Shown here piece after piece: positions 8,998-18,500 of a stretch of 64,000 bases of DNA. Position 1 is the stretch's first letter. Each line of letters opens with the position of its first letter. A program made the translations under genes and the position numbers. The notes beneath the pieces are model-generated. The model had not been told where the DNA came from and ran no database searches. It saw nothing but the letters and a program-made list of their open reading frames with translations. Source of the DNA: Polyangiales bacterium. Its GTDB lineage: Bacteria; Myxococcota_A; Polyangia; Polyangiales; Polyangiaceae. The DNA lies in the NCBI GenBank assembly GCA_038231275.1, contig JBBRLQ010000008.1, forward strand, positions 160,001-224,000. The letters run 5' to 3'.

Positions 8998-10382
8998 CGG
9001 GCTCCTTCCTTTGCCTCTACCATGCCTGACGGTGCGCCCACGACCTCGATCTCCGCCCCCAGCGCGCGCAGCGTGCCGACGAAGCGCGGGAAGCTGGTCG
9101 CGACACAGTCCACGTCGCGGATCGTGCTCGGCCCGCGCGCGGTCAAAGCCAGCACCGCCGCCGCCATCGCGATCCGGTGATCCCCTTTGCTCTCCACGTT
9201 CACGGGCTCGAGCGGCGCCTGCTTGCCTTCGATGACGAGCCCGTCGGGCCGCTCCTCGAGCTCGACCCCGAACGCGCGGAGGATCTCCGCCATCGTCGCG
9301 ATGCGATCGCTCTCTTTCACGCGGAGCTCTTCGGCGTCGGCGATCGTCGTGGTGCCTCTCGCCCGCGCCGCCAAAGCGCACGCGATCGGGATCTCGTCGA
9401 TCGCGCGCGGCACCGTCTCGCCGCCGATCTTCGCGCCATGGAGCGCCGCAGCCCACGCGTGCACTTGCGCGATCGGCTCGCCGGCGCGCTCGCCTTGCGG
9501 TTCGGTGCGGATGCCGGCGCCCATGTCGCGCAAGATCTCGAGGATTCCGGTGCGCGTCGGGTTCGTGCCCACGTCGCGCGTCGTCACCCGCGAGCCCTCC
9601 ACGAGCTGCGCGGCGACGAGGAGGAACGCCGCCGCGGAGATGTCGCCAGGGATGTCGATGTCGAAGCCGGGCATCTGCGCGTTCCAGCCGGCCGGATCGA
9701 GCTCGACGACCGAGCCGACCGCCCGCAGCGGGACGCCCAACGCCTGGAGCATGCGCTCGGTGTGATCGCGCGACACCGTCGGCTCTTTGAAATACGTGGT
9801 GCCGTGCGCGTAGAGACCGGACAAGAGGAGCGCGCTCTTCACCTGGGCGCTCGCGACCTTCGAGACGAACTCGATCCCGCCGAGGTGCTCGCCGTCCGCG
9901 AGCGGTCCGACGACGAGCGGCGCCGTGACCTCCCCTTCCTTCTTCGGGTGCGGCGCGCCTTCGACCTTGGCGCCGCGCATCCGAAGCGGCTTCACGATGC
10001 GCATCATCGGGCGGCGCGTGAGCGACGCGTCGCCGATCAACGTCGTCCGGAACGGCTGCGCGGCGAGGAGGCCGGTGAGGAGGCGCATCGTCGTCCCCGA
10101 GTTGCCGCAATCGAGCGGCCCGGCGGGCTCGGTCAGGCCAAAGAGGCCCGAGCCGGTGACGATCACCTCACTCGGACCGATGTCTTCGAGGATGACGCCC
10201 ATCGCGCGCATCGCGTTCATCGTCGAGACGTTGTCCTCACCGCGCGAGAAGCTCGTGATGCGGCTCTTGCCGTTCGCGAGCGACGCGAGGAGAACGGCGC
10301 GGTGCCCGATGCTCTTGTCGCTCGGAACGGGCACGCTGCCGACGAGCGGCTTCTTCGCAGGATGGACGACGAAATCGGTCAC
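8994..10382 (-). CDS. aroA: 3-phosphoshikimate 1-carboxyvinyltransferase (EPSP synthase)
   Basis: PSDKSIGHR, DCGNSGTTMR, ASAQVKS, SRDHTERM, ELRVKESDRI, DHRIAM. Confidence 0.97.
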   Translation of the reverse strand: MTDFVVHPAKKPLVGSVPVPSDKSIGHRAVLLASLANGKSRITSFSRGEDNVSTMNAMRAMGVILEDIGPSEVIVTGSGLFGLTEPAGPLDCGNSGTTMRLLTGLLAAQPFRTTLIGDASLTRRPMMRIVKPLRMRGAKVEGAPHPKKEGEVTAPLVVGPLADGEHLGGIEFVSKVASAQVKSALLLSGLYAHGTTYFKEPTVSRDHTERMLQALGVPLRAVGSVVELDPAGWNAQMPGFDIDIPGDISAAAFLLVAAQLVEGSRVTTRDVGTNPTRTGILEILRDMGAGIRTEPQGERAGEPIAQVHAWAAALHGAKIGGETVPRAIDEIPIACALAARARGTTTIADAEELRVKESDRIATMAEILRAFGVELEERPDGLVIEGKQAPLEPVNVESKGDHRIAMAAAVLALTARGPSTIRDVDCVATSFPRFVGTLRALGAEIEVVGAPSGMVEAKEGAR

Positions 10383-10432
10383 GCCGGGCAGAATACCCGG
10401 CGCGTCGCCGCGAAACGACTAGATCCGCGCGA

Positions 10433-10735
10433 TCAACCGGCCGCCCATGAGGCCGCCGCGAGGAGCACCGCCGCGAGCCCCGTCGACAGCGCGATCGCGT
10501 AGTAGCCCCACTTGCGCGCCGCCGTCTTTCCGCCGTAGCGAATGAGCGAGTAGCCCACGAACTCCGTCGCGAGGCCCAGGAGCGCCAGCACCGCGAAGAC
10601 GACGTTCGCGGCCTTGCCCAGCGGCGAGCTCGTCACCACGCGAAACGCAAAGAGCGAGAAGAACGCCACGTGCGCGATCCCGCCGGCGGTCGCCAGCGCC
10701 TTTGCTGCCTTTTCGATCGCACCCGATGACGCCAT
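10433..10735 (-). CDS. Small hypothetical membrane protein
   Basis: Three hydrophobic helices; co-oriented with its neighbours. Confidence 0.65.
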   Translation of the reverse strand: MASSGAIEKAAKALATAGGIAHVAFFSLFAFRVVTSSPLGKAANVVFAVLALLGLATEFVGYSLIRYGGKTAARKWGYYAIALSTGLAAVLLAAASWAAG

Positions 10736-10797
10736 TTCCGGCCTCCCTCCTCTTTAACGTGCGTTCGCCTCGGCCATTCCGCAAGCTCGAGCGGAAT

Positions 10798-11757
10798 TTA
10801 GCGCGGATTCATGTATTGCTGCGCGGTCTGGAGGAACGTCTTCAGCTGCGTGTCGTCGACGCCGAAGCTGATTTGGACGTCCGAAGCGACCGGCTTCACG
10901 TCCAAATTTTTGAGCTGCGGCGCGCCGAGGAACTGGAGGAGGCTCGCCATTCCGGCGGTGCGCTTCACCTGCTCCGACGAGTCCGCGGCGGTGGCGGCGT
11001 CGGGGTAGGTCAATGTCGCGGCGATGTTGAGGCCCGGGTCTTTGAAGTTGCCGACCAGGCGCGCCGCCTTGAGGCCCTTCACCCACCCGAGCGGAACGAC
11101 GCCGACGCTCGCCGCCGCGATCGGCTGGTTCGCGAAATCGGCGGCCGCGGCGAACGCGGCGCCGGGCGTGTCGATGGCCTGCGTCATCCACGGCGGTTGG
11201 CTGCGCGCCACGGTGCCGTCCTTGAGGCGCTCGATGACGCGGCGGATCATCGTCTCGCCGCCGGCGACGACCGTCTGCTTCGAGATCACGGTGAAGCCGA
11301 CGTTGTTGAGCGTGTACACCTGCCGGCCGAGGTAGGTGCTCGATACGATCATGCCGCCGCCCTTGGTGGGCGTGTGCGAGTCGGCGACCGATTTGATCTT
11401 CGCCTCGTCGAAGGTGCCGCGCAGGATCGCGACGACGTCGGCGCCGCTCGTCGAGTAGCCCGCCGCGTAGACCGTCTCCAGATCGCGCGAGGCATTGAAG
11501 CCCGCCTCCTCGCCGATCGGGAGCATGCGCTCGGCCATCAGCGCGAGCTGGCCGCCGACCGAGCCGCTCGTGAACATCTGCTTGGCGTCGACGCGCGCGA
11601 TCACCATGGCGCTCGAGGGCAGGAGCGCGACCGGATCGGCGTCGATGGCTTGGCTCTCCGGCGTCTTCGCGGACACCGAGTCCTTGCTCCCCCCGCAGGC
11701 GACGGTGAGCGGGACCAAGGCAAAGAGCGCGAACGCGGCGACGTGGCGAAGTCTCAT
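10798..11757 (-). CDS. Hypothetical lipoprotein
   Basis: MRLRHVAAFALFALVPLTVAC signal peptide/lipobox. Confidence 0.8.
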   Translation of the reverse strand: MRLRHVAAFALFALVPLTVACGGSKDSVSAKTPESQAIDADPVALLPSSAMVIARVDAKQMFTSGSVGGQLALMAERMLPIGEEAGFNASRDLETVYAAGYSTSGADVVAILRGTFDEAKIKSVADSHTPTKGGGMIVSSTYLGRQVYTLNNVGFTVISKQTVVAGGETMIRRVIERLKDGTVARSQPPWMTQAIDTPGAAFAAAADFANQPIAAASVGVVPLGWVKGLKAARLVGNFKDPGLNIAATLTYPDAATAADSSEQVKRTAGMASLLQFLGAPQLKNLDVKPVASDVQISFGVDDTQLKTFLQTAQQYMNPR

Positions 11758-11769
11758 GTGCCGGGAAGC

Positions 11770-12843
11770 TTACCCAACGGCGGGATACGAGCCCAGCACC
11801 TTGAAGAACTTCGTCTGGCGGCGGATCTCTTCGACCGCGCTGATGAGCGCGCGATCGGTGGCGTGGCCCATGACCTCGGCGAAGAAGATGTACGCCCACG
11901 CCTCGCCGGGGGCGGGACGCGACTGGATCTTCGTGAGGTTGATGCCGCGCTCGGCGAACTGCTTGAGGACGTCGAGGAGCGAGCCAGGCGCGTCTTGCAC
12001 CGCGAAGACCAGCGCCGTGAGATCGTTGCCGGTGCGCGTCGAGGGCCGAGAGCCGACGATCGCGTAGCGCACCTTCTCGTCGCCGCCGTCGCGCACGTTG
12101 CGGCGCGCGATCTCGAGGCCGAGCTGCGCGCCGAACGCCTCCGTCGCGATCGCCGCGGATCCGTGATCCTCGAACGCGAGCTGGCAGGCGACCGCCGGAG
12201 TCTTCACGTCGAGGACGCTCGCCTTCGGCAGCGTCTGGGCGAAAAAGCGCTGGCAGAGCGCGCGATCGATCGGCGTCGCGTACACCTTCTCGATGTCGGC
12301 GATGTTGCCGGTGCGGTTCAAGAGCTGGAGGTTCCCGGCCGCGTCGAAGACGTTCACGATCTTCAGATCGCTCGACGTGAGCGCGGTGATCGTGGCCTGG
12401 ACGGGCCCTTCCGCCCGCGTCTCGATGGGGACGACCGCGAACTGCGCGCGGTGGGTGGTCAGCTCCTCGAAGGCGCCGGCGGCCGTCTCCTGCGCGAGGA
12501 ACTTGGAGCCGGCGCCGAAGCGCTCGCGCGCGGCCGCGTGGCCGGAGCCGCCCTCGGGGCCGAGGTAGACGATGGGGACCGGGAGCTCGAGGCTCAGACA
12601 CGCGGAGAAGACCTCGCGGAAGATCTCGCGAAGGGCCTCCGGAGGCATGTCCCCCGTCGCGCGCGCAACGATGGCCGCCAGCGACGCGCGATCGGTCAGC
12701 GGGAGGCTCGGCGCCTGATCGTTGCGAAGCTCGCCGATCTTCTTCGACGCCCGCGCGCGCTTTTCGAGCGAGACGAGCAGCGCGGCGTCGAGCTTGGCGA
12801 TTTCCTGACGGAGCTCATCGGTCTCACGTTTGGTGTCGCTCAC
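11770..12843 (-). CDS. pheA: Chorismate mutase / prephenate dehydratase / ACT protein (P-protein-like, divergent)
   Basis: N-terminal AroQ-like helix LRQEIAKLD, YLGPEG, ACT domain PGSLLDVLKQFAERGINLTKIQSRP, FKVLGSYP; several catalytic motifs deviate (see findings). Confidence 0.85.
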   Translation of the reverse strand: MSDTKRETDELRQEIAKLDAALLVSLEKRARASKKIGELRNDQAPSLPLTDRASLAAIVARATGDMPPEALREIFREVFSACLSLELPVPIVYLGPEGGSGHAAARERFGAGSKFLAQETAAGAFEELTTHRAQFAVVPIETRAEGPVQATITALTSSDLKIVNVFDAAGNLQLLNRTGNIADIEKVYATPIDRALCQRFFAQTLPKASVLDVKTPAVACQLAFEDHGSAAIATEAFGAQLGLEIARRNVRDGGDEKVRYAIVGSRPSTRTGNDLTALVFAVQDAPGSLLDVLKQFAERGINLTKIQSRPAPGEAWAYIFFAEVMGHATDRALISAVEEIRRQTKFFKVLGSYPAVG

Positions 12844-12866
12844 GCTCTCATCATAGCATCAACCTC

Positions 12867-13400
12867 GTGGGACTCGACGAGCTGCGCGAGAAGTACGAGG
12901 AGATCCTGCGCCTGCGCGAGCTGCACGCGGCGCCGGACGAGCCGGACCCGCGCCGCGCCATGGCGGAGCTCGCGAGCCGGTTCCCTGGAGCCCTGCGCGA
13001 GATCGACGTGCTCACGCTGGACGAGGTGCGCGCGCGCATCTCCGCCCTCGACGCCGCCGAACGCGGAGAAGCGGCCCCGGCGCCGTGGATGCTCGCCGTC
13101 GCGCGCTACCACGCCCTCACGCGCGGCGCGTTGTGCGCGAAGAGCTGGCTCGCCGGGCGCAAGGACGTGGGCGACGAGGCGCGCGACGCGTTCGCGCGGG
13201 AGGCCGGCACACTGTGCTGGGCCGAGGACGCGCGCGCCTGGACCGACACGCTCGCCGCCGTCGCGAGCCCGCCGCGTGGCCGCGTGACCGATCTCGTCTT
13301 CGTTCGCATCGCGGCGGAGCTCGGCGTGTCGGAAGACGAGGCGCGCGCGCTGGTCCTGCCTACATCGCGCGGGCGACACCGAACGCGAGCGCCAACATGA
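12867..13400 (+). CDS. Hypothetical protein
   Basis: Coding-like frame divergent from pheA; no motif recognised. Confidence 0.65.
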   Translation: MGLDELREKYEEILRLRELHAAPDEPDPRRAMAELASRFPGALREIDVLTLDEVRARISALDAAERGEAAPAPWMLAVARYHALTRGALCAKSWLAGRKDVGDEARDAFAREAGTLCWAEDARAWTDTLAAVASPPRGRVTDLVFVRIAAELGVSEDEARALVLPTSRGRHRTRAPT

Positions 13401-13992
13401 GAACGCCGACCGCTGCGTCGAGGACACGCCACGCGCGCGGGCGTGCGAAGACCCCCGACAGCTTTCGCGCGCCGAAGCCGAGGGCCACGAACCACGCCGC
13501 GCTCGCCAGCGTCGCGCCGAGCACGAAGGGCACGCGTCCGCCCGCCGGTTGAGCCCCTCCGAGCGCGCCGAGGAGCACGACTGTGTCGAGGTACACGTGC
13601 GGGTTCAGGAACGTCAGCCCGAGAACGGTGACGAGGACGCGCCCGAGCCCTTTGCCGCGGTCCTGCCCGGGCTCGAGCGCGCCGCCGCCGCTCTTCAGCG
13701 AACGCCAGAGCGCCGTCGCGCCATAGGCGACCAAGAAAGCCGCGCCTCCCCATCGGGCGATCGCCAGGAACGTCGCGCTCTCCGCGATGAGCGTCCCGAG
13801 CCCCAGCACACCGGCGGAGATGAGGAGGACGTCCGAGGCGATACAAAGGAGCACCACCGGCAGAACGTGCCGCCCGCCGGGCACGAGACCTAGCCGAAGG
13901 ACGAAGGCGTTCTGCGCCCCGATCGCCGCCACGAGCGCGGCCGACGCCGCGAAGCCCGCCGGAAGCGATTGCCAGTGCATGACGCTGTTCAT
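13360..13992 (-). CDS. LysE/ArgO family amino acid exporter
   Basis: AIGAQNAFVLR, TFLNPHVYLDTVVLLG; multiple TM segments. Confidence 0.93.
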   Translation of the reverse strand: MNSVMHWQSLPAGFAASAALVAAIGAQNAFVLRLGLVPGGRHVLPVVLLCIASDVLLISAGVLGLGTLIAESATFLAIARWGGAAFLVAYGATALWRSLKSGGGALEPGQDRGKGLGRVLVTVLGLTFLNPHVYLDTVVLLGALGGAQPAGGRVPFVLGATLASAAWFVALGFGARKLSGVFARPRAWRVLDAAVGVLMLALAFGVARAM

Positions 13993-14047
13993 GCTCCTGG
14001 TGATAGCTCTCGCCGACGCGTAGACAAGCTAAAGTATTTTACGTAAC

Positions 14048-14062
14048 ATTAGCGTTTCTAAT
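14048..14062. promoter_or_regulatory. LysR-type T-N11-A binding site between the exporter and its regulator
   Basis: Inverted repeat ATTAG-N5-CTAAT in an AT-rich divergent intergenic region, overlapping the regulator start codon. Confidence 0.7.
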
Positions 14063-14960
14063 GCACGACAATCTCCAGCTCGCCGCCCTCGCCGCGGTCC
14101 TCCGCGAAGGCAGCTTCGAGCGCGCCGCCGACGTCCTCCACGTGACCCCGTCGGCGATCTCGCAGCGCATCAAGCAGCTCGAGGACTCGGTGGGGAGCGT
14201 CCTGGTCCTTCGCGCCAAACCGTGCACGGCGACGCGCATCGGGCAGCGGTACTACCGGCACGCGCTGCAGGTGGAGCTGCTCGAGTCGGATCTCGCCGAA
14301 GAGGTCGCCCGCCCCGCCACCGCGAAGGGCCGCGCCGCGCCGCCGGTCGCCATCGCCGTCAACGACGACAGCCTCGCCACGTGGGTCTTGCCGGCGCTCG
14401 CGGCGTTCGCGAAGGAGACGGGTCTCTGCGTGAAGCTCGAGGTGGACGACGAGGCGTACACCGCCGAGTGGCTGCGCACGGGCCGCGTCCTCGGGGCGAT
14501 CACGGCGGAGGCTACGCCGGTCCAGGGCTGTCGGGTCGAGCCGCTCGGCACGATGCGGTACCGCGCGACGGCCAGCCCCGCCTACGTGCGCCGCTGGTTC
14601 CCGAAGGGCGTCACCAAAGAAGCGATACGCGACGCCCCTGCCCTCTTCTACGATCGCCGCGACGCGCTCGAGACCCGCTTCGTCCGACAGGTCCTCGGTT
14701 TTCGCAACGTGCCCCTCGCCGCGAACTGGATCCCGTCGTCGGCGGCGTTCGTCGACGCGGCGCTCCTCGGCCTCGGCTGGGGCCTCAACGCCGAGCCCCT
14801 GGTTCGCGACCACCTCCGCCGCGGGCGCCTCGTCGAGCTCGTCCTCGGCAAGACGATGAGCGTCGAGCTCTTCTGGCAGCACTGGCGCATCGAGTCCGCC
14901 ACGTTGGCGACCCTGACACGCTGCCTCACACGGCAGGCCGCTTCCGCGCTCGCGTCCTGA
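14061..14960 (+). CDS. argP: LysR family regulator, ArgP/LysG type
   Basis: GSFERAADVLHVTPSAISQRIKQLE HTH, IAVNDDSLATW, LFWQHW; divergent from the LysE/ArgO exporter. Confidence 0.9.
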   Translation: MHDNLQLAALAAVLREGSFERAADVLHVTPSAISQRIKQLEDSVGSVLVLRAKPCTATRIGQRYYRHALQVELLESDLAEEVARPATAKGRAAPPVAIAVNDDSLATWVLPALAAFAKETGLCVKLEVDDEAYTAEWLRTGRVLGAITAEATPVQGCRVEPLGTMRYRATASPAYVRRWFPKGVTKEAIRDAPALFYDRRDALETRFVRQVLGFRNVPLAANWIPSSAAFVDAALLGLGWGLNAEPLVRDHLRRGRLVELVLGKTMSVELFWQHWRIESATLATLTRCLTRQAASALAS

Positions 14961-14967
14961 CGTGTCG

Positions 14968-15300
14968 TCAGTCCGATTTCGTCGTGGACGGCGTCGACGG
15001 GTTGGTCGCGACCTTCTCCGTCTTCGTCTCGGTCTTGGTCTCGGTCTTCGTCTCGGTCTTGGCCTCGGCCTTCGTCTCGGTCGCGCCGGGGCTGGCCTCG
15101 GGCTTCTTGGCCCCTCCAGAAGAGGAGTAGGAGTCGGCGTACCAGCCGCCCCCCTTCAAGATGAAGCTACCGCCGCTGATCTGACGCTTCGCGGTGGAGT
15201 TGTGGCACTTCGGGCAGACCTCGAGCGCCGGCTCGGAGATCTTCTGGATCTCCTCCCATTGGTTCTGGCAGCTCGTGCAGAGGTACTCGTACGTCGGCAT
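14968..15300 (-). CDS. FmdB-family zinc-ribbon protein with low-complexity tail
   Basis: MPTYEYLCTSC...CPKC...FILKGGGWY; TKTE repeats at the C-terminus. Confidence 0.9.
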   Translation of the reverse strand: MPTYEYLCTSCQNQWEEIQKISEPALEVCPKCHNSTAKRQISGGSFILKGGGWYADSYSSSGGAKKPEASPGATETKAEAKTETKTETKTETKTEKVATNPSTPSTTKSD

Positions 15301-15427
15301 TCTTTGGCTCTTTTAGCGATGCGCGCGCCGCTTAGCTACCCCTCAGTCGGCCGCTCGCAAATTGCGCGGCGGGTGGCGGACGAACCCTTAATGAACTACT
15401 TCAAGGGCGGCTCGTAGGCGTACAATG

Positions 15428-15503
15428 TGTGGATGACCTGTGGAGAGGCTTGGGGATAAGCCTTGCGAAACGCAGGACTAAATCGTAATCAGGCTGTGGG
15501 CAC
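15428..15503. promoter_or_regulatory. Cluster of DnaA-box-like 9-mers upstream of smc
   Basis: TGTGGATGA (15428), TGTGGAGAG (15439), TGGGGATAA (15451), weaker TGTGGGCAC (15495) versus consensus TGTGGATAA. Confidence 0.65.
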
Positions 15504-15598
15504 AAATGACCGTATGTGAAGTGACGTTACATACCGCCTAGGGTCATTCGCGCGTAACTTGCCGGTTTGGAGCGGGCAGGACCTGCTCTGGGAGCGCC

Positions 15599-18500
15599 AT
15601 GAAGATCAAGAAGCTCGAGCTCGTCGGATTCAAGTCGTTCGTCGACAAGACCGTCATCCACTTCGATCACGACGTGCTCGGCATCGTCGGTCCGAACGGG
15701 TGCGGCAAGTCGAACATCGTCGACGCGATCCGGTGGTGCATGGGCGAGCAGAGCGCGAAGCACCTGCGCGGCCGCAGCATGGAGGACGTCATCTTCAGCG
15801 GCTCCGACACGCGCGCCGGCAACGAGTTCGCCGAGGTCACGCTCACCTTCGAGAACGACACCGGCGACGTCCCCGTGGAGTACCGCGACTACCCGGAGAT
15901 CGCCGTGACCCGCCGCCTGAACCGCAGCGGCGACAGCGACTACCTGATCAACAAGACCCCGGTCCGCCTCAAAGACGTGACCGATCTCTTCCTCGGCACC
16001 GGCGCCGGCACCAAGGCCTACTCGATCGTCGAGCAGGGCAAGATCGGCCTCATCGTCACCGCCAAGCCGGAGGACCGGCGCCTGCTCATCGAGGAGGCCG
16101 CCGGTATCACCAAGTTCAAGAGCAAGAAGAAACAGGCCGAGCGCAAGATGGAGATGACGACGCAGAACCTCCTGCGCGTTGGCGACATCATCGCGGAGAT
16201 CGAGCGGAACCTCGGCTCGCTCAAGCGCCAGGCCGCGAAGGCCGAGCGCTACGTCTCGTACCGGAGCGAGCTGGAAGACTTGCAGCTCCACGAGGCGTCG
16301 CACCGCTACCTCGAGCTCATCGGGTGGACGAAGCTCTACGACGGCGAGGTCGGCCGGCTCACGATGGAGAGCGATCAGGCGAGGAGCGATCTCGCCGCGC
16401 GTGAGGCAGAGCTCGAGACGGTGCGCCTCGACGCGCACGTCGCGGAGGATGCGCTCGAGCAGGCGCAGAACGCGCACTTCGGCGCCGAGAACGAGGTCCG
16501 CGCCGAAGAGGCCCAGCTCGCGCGCGCGCAGGACAAAATCCAGGCGATTCGCGTGCGCGAAGAGGCCGCGACCCTCGAAGTGCGCGAGATCGAGGAGCAG
16601 CGTCGGGTCCTCGTCGCCGAGCAAGAGGGCGTGCGCGGGCAGGTCGTCATCCTCGAAGAGGACGAGGCGCACCAGGCCGAGTCGCAGGCGGCGTGCGAGG
16701 CGCGCTTCAGCGAGCTGCACGGCGAGCACGAGCGGGCGAGCCAGCACGCGTTCGAACTCCGTCAGGCGCTCGGCAAGGCGAACAGCGACATCGCGGCGTG
16801 CGAGGCGAAGCTCGCGGGCTTCGAGCGCCGGCGCAACGAGATGCAGACCCGCCTCGAGAAGCTCGAGGCCGAGCGCGAGGATCTCGTCACCGGCGAGATC
16901 GAGCTCGTCGCCAAGGGCGAGCAGCTCGGACGCGACGTGGAGGATCTCCGCGCCGGCAAGGTAATGAGCGCCGAGGAGAAGCAGCGCCTCGAGGAGATGC
17001 TCGGCGTCCTCCGCGTCGAGATCCTCGCGAGCGAGAAGGCGCTCGACGAGGCCAAGGGGGAGCTGACGCGCAAGCGCTCGCGCCTCCACGCGCTCTCCGA
17101 GATGCAGGCACGCCTCGAGGGCGTCGGAGTGGGCGTCAAGGCGCTCGTCGCCACCAAGGACGACACGCTGTGCGGCCTCGTCGCCGATCGCGTCGAGGCG
17201 CCGCAGCACCTGACGCCCGCGCTCGCGGGTCTGCTCGGCGCGCGGCTCCAGGACGTCGTCGTCAAGGATCTCGATCGCGGGCTCGATCTGCTCGATCGCC
17301 TCGCCGTCGAGAAGCGCGGGCGCGCGGCGGTGATCCCGCTCCACCCGCACTACGTCGCCGGCAAGCACGGCGTCCTCCCCTCCCTCGAGGGCGTGGTCTG
17401 CAAGCTCGTCGAGCACCTCCGCTACGCGCCGGAGGACGAGTCGCTCGTCCACGCGCTCGTCGGCGACGCGATCGTCGTGCGCGACGTGCACACGGCGCGT
17501 GAAGTGCGCGCGGTCCTCCACGACGCGTGCATCGTGACGCTCGACGGCACCGTCCTCTTCACCGACGGACGCATCGCGGGCGGCACCGGCGAGGAGCTCG
17601 CGGCAGGGATGCTGGAGAGCAAGCGTGAGACGCGCGAGCTCGGCGAGGAGGTCGAGCGGCTCGATCTGCTCGTCACGGAGCGCCTCGGCGTGCACCAGGC
17701 CCTACGCGGAAAGATCGCCGAGACGCAAGGCGCGCTCGATCACGCGCGCCAGGCCGCTCACCAGGGCGAGCTCGCGCTCGTGCACGCTGAGAAAGATCTG
17801 CGCTCCACCGAGGCGCAGCTCGAGGCCGTGCGAAAGCGCCTCGGCGCGCTCGCGGCGGAGTCGGAGGAGCTCGGCATGGCGCTGGGCGAGGCGGGCGCCG
17901 AGCGCGACGACGCGCAGCGCGTGCTCGACGAGGCGCGCGGCATCTTGTCGGAGGTGACCGGCAAGGTCGGTGAGGCGGAGTCGATCGCGAACGCGTGGCG
18001 CGAGCAGGTCGACGAGCAGCGCCAGCGCGTCGTGGAGCAGAAGGTCCACGTCGCCGGCACGCGCGAGAAGCTCACCGCCGCGCGCGGCACGCTCACGCGC
18101 CTCCAGCGCAGCACCGACGAGCTCGGCGAGCGCGCACGCCGCCTCGACGACGAGCTCGAGACCGGCGCACGCACCCTCGGGGAGACGGCGGCCCTCATGG
18201 TCGCGCACAAAGAGAAGCTCGGGCTCGCGCTCGACGCCGCGCACGCCGCCGAGGTCGTCCTCGCCGAGACGCGCACCACGTTCGACAAGCACCGCACCGA
18301 CCTCTCCGAGCGCGAGGCCGGCCTCAAGGATCTGCGTACGCGCGCCGAAGAGGCCCGCGAGGCGCTCACCGCGAACGAGATGGCGCTGCGCGAGAAGACG
18401 ATCGCCCTCCAGCACCTCCTCGAAACCGTCGCCGAGCGCTTCCGCGGCCTCCGCCTCGCGCGCGTCGTCGGCGACTACCACCTCCGCCAGGCCCCGGACG

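Noticed and set aside
8305..10110. Apparent 601-aa protein ending in Cmk (possible fusion)
   Set aside because: The upstream part is an alternate frame over aroA; cmk starts at 8997 with an ATGA overlap on the aroA stop
10702..13287. 861-aa plus-strand ORF, and similar long ORFs such as 22924-25503, 38523-41450, 15527-17695, 29371-31374, 35168-37156
   Set aside because: Antisense or off-frame shadows of well-supported genes, expected in high-GC DNA; Arg/Ala-rich with no motifs
15301..15598. Possible replication origin (oriC)
   Set aside because: Only 3-4 imperfect boxes, no clear DUE or DnaA-trio run, and no dnaA/dnaN/gidA nearby; kept only as a regulatory site
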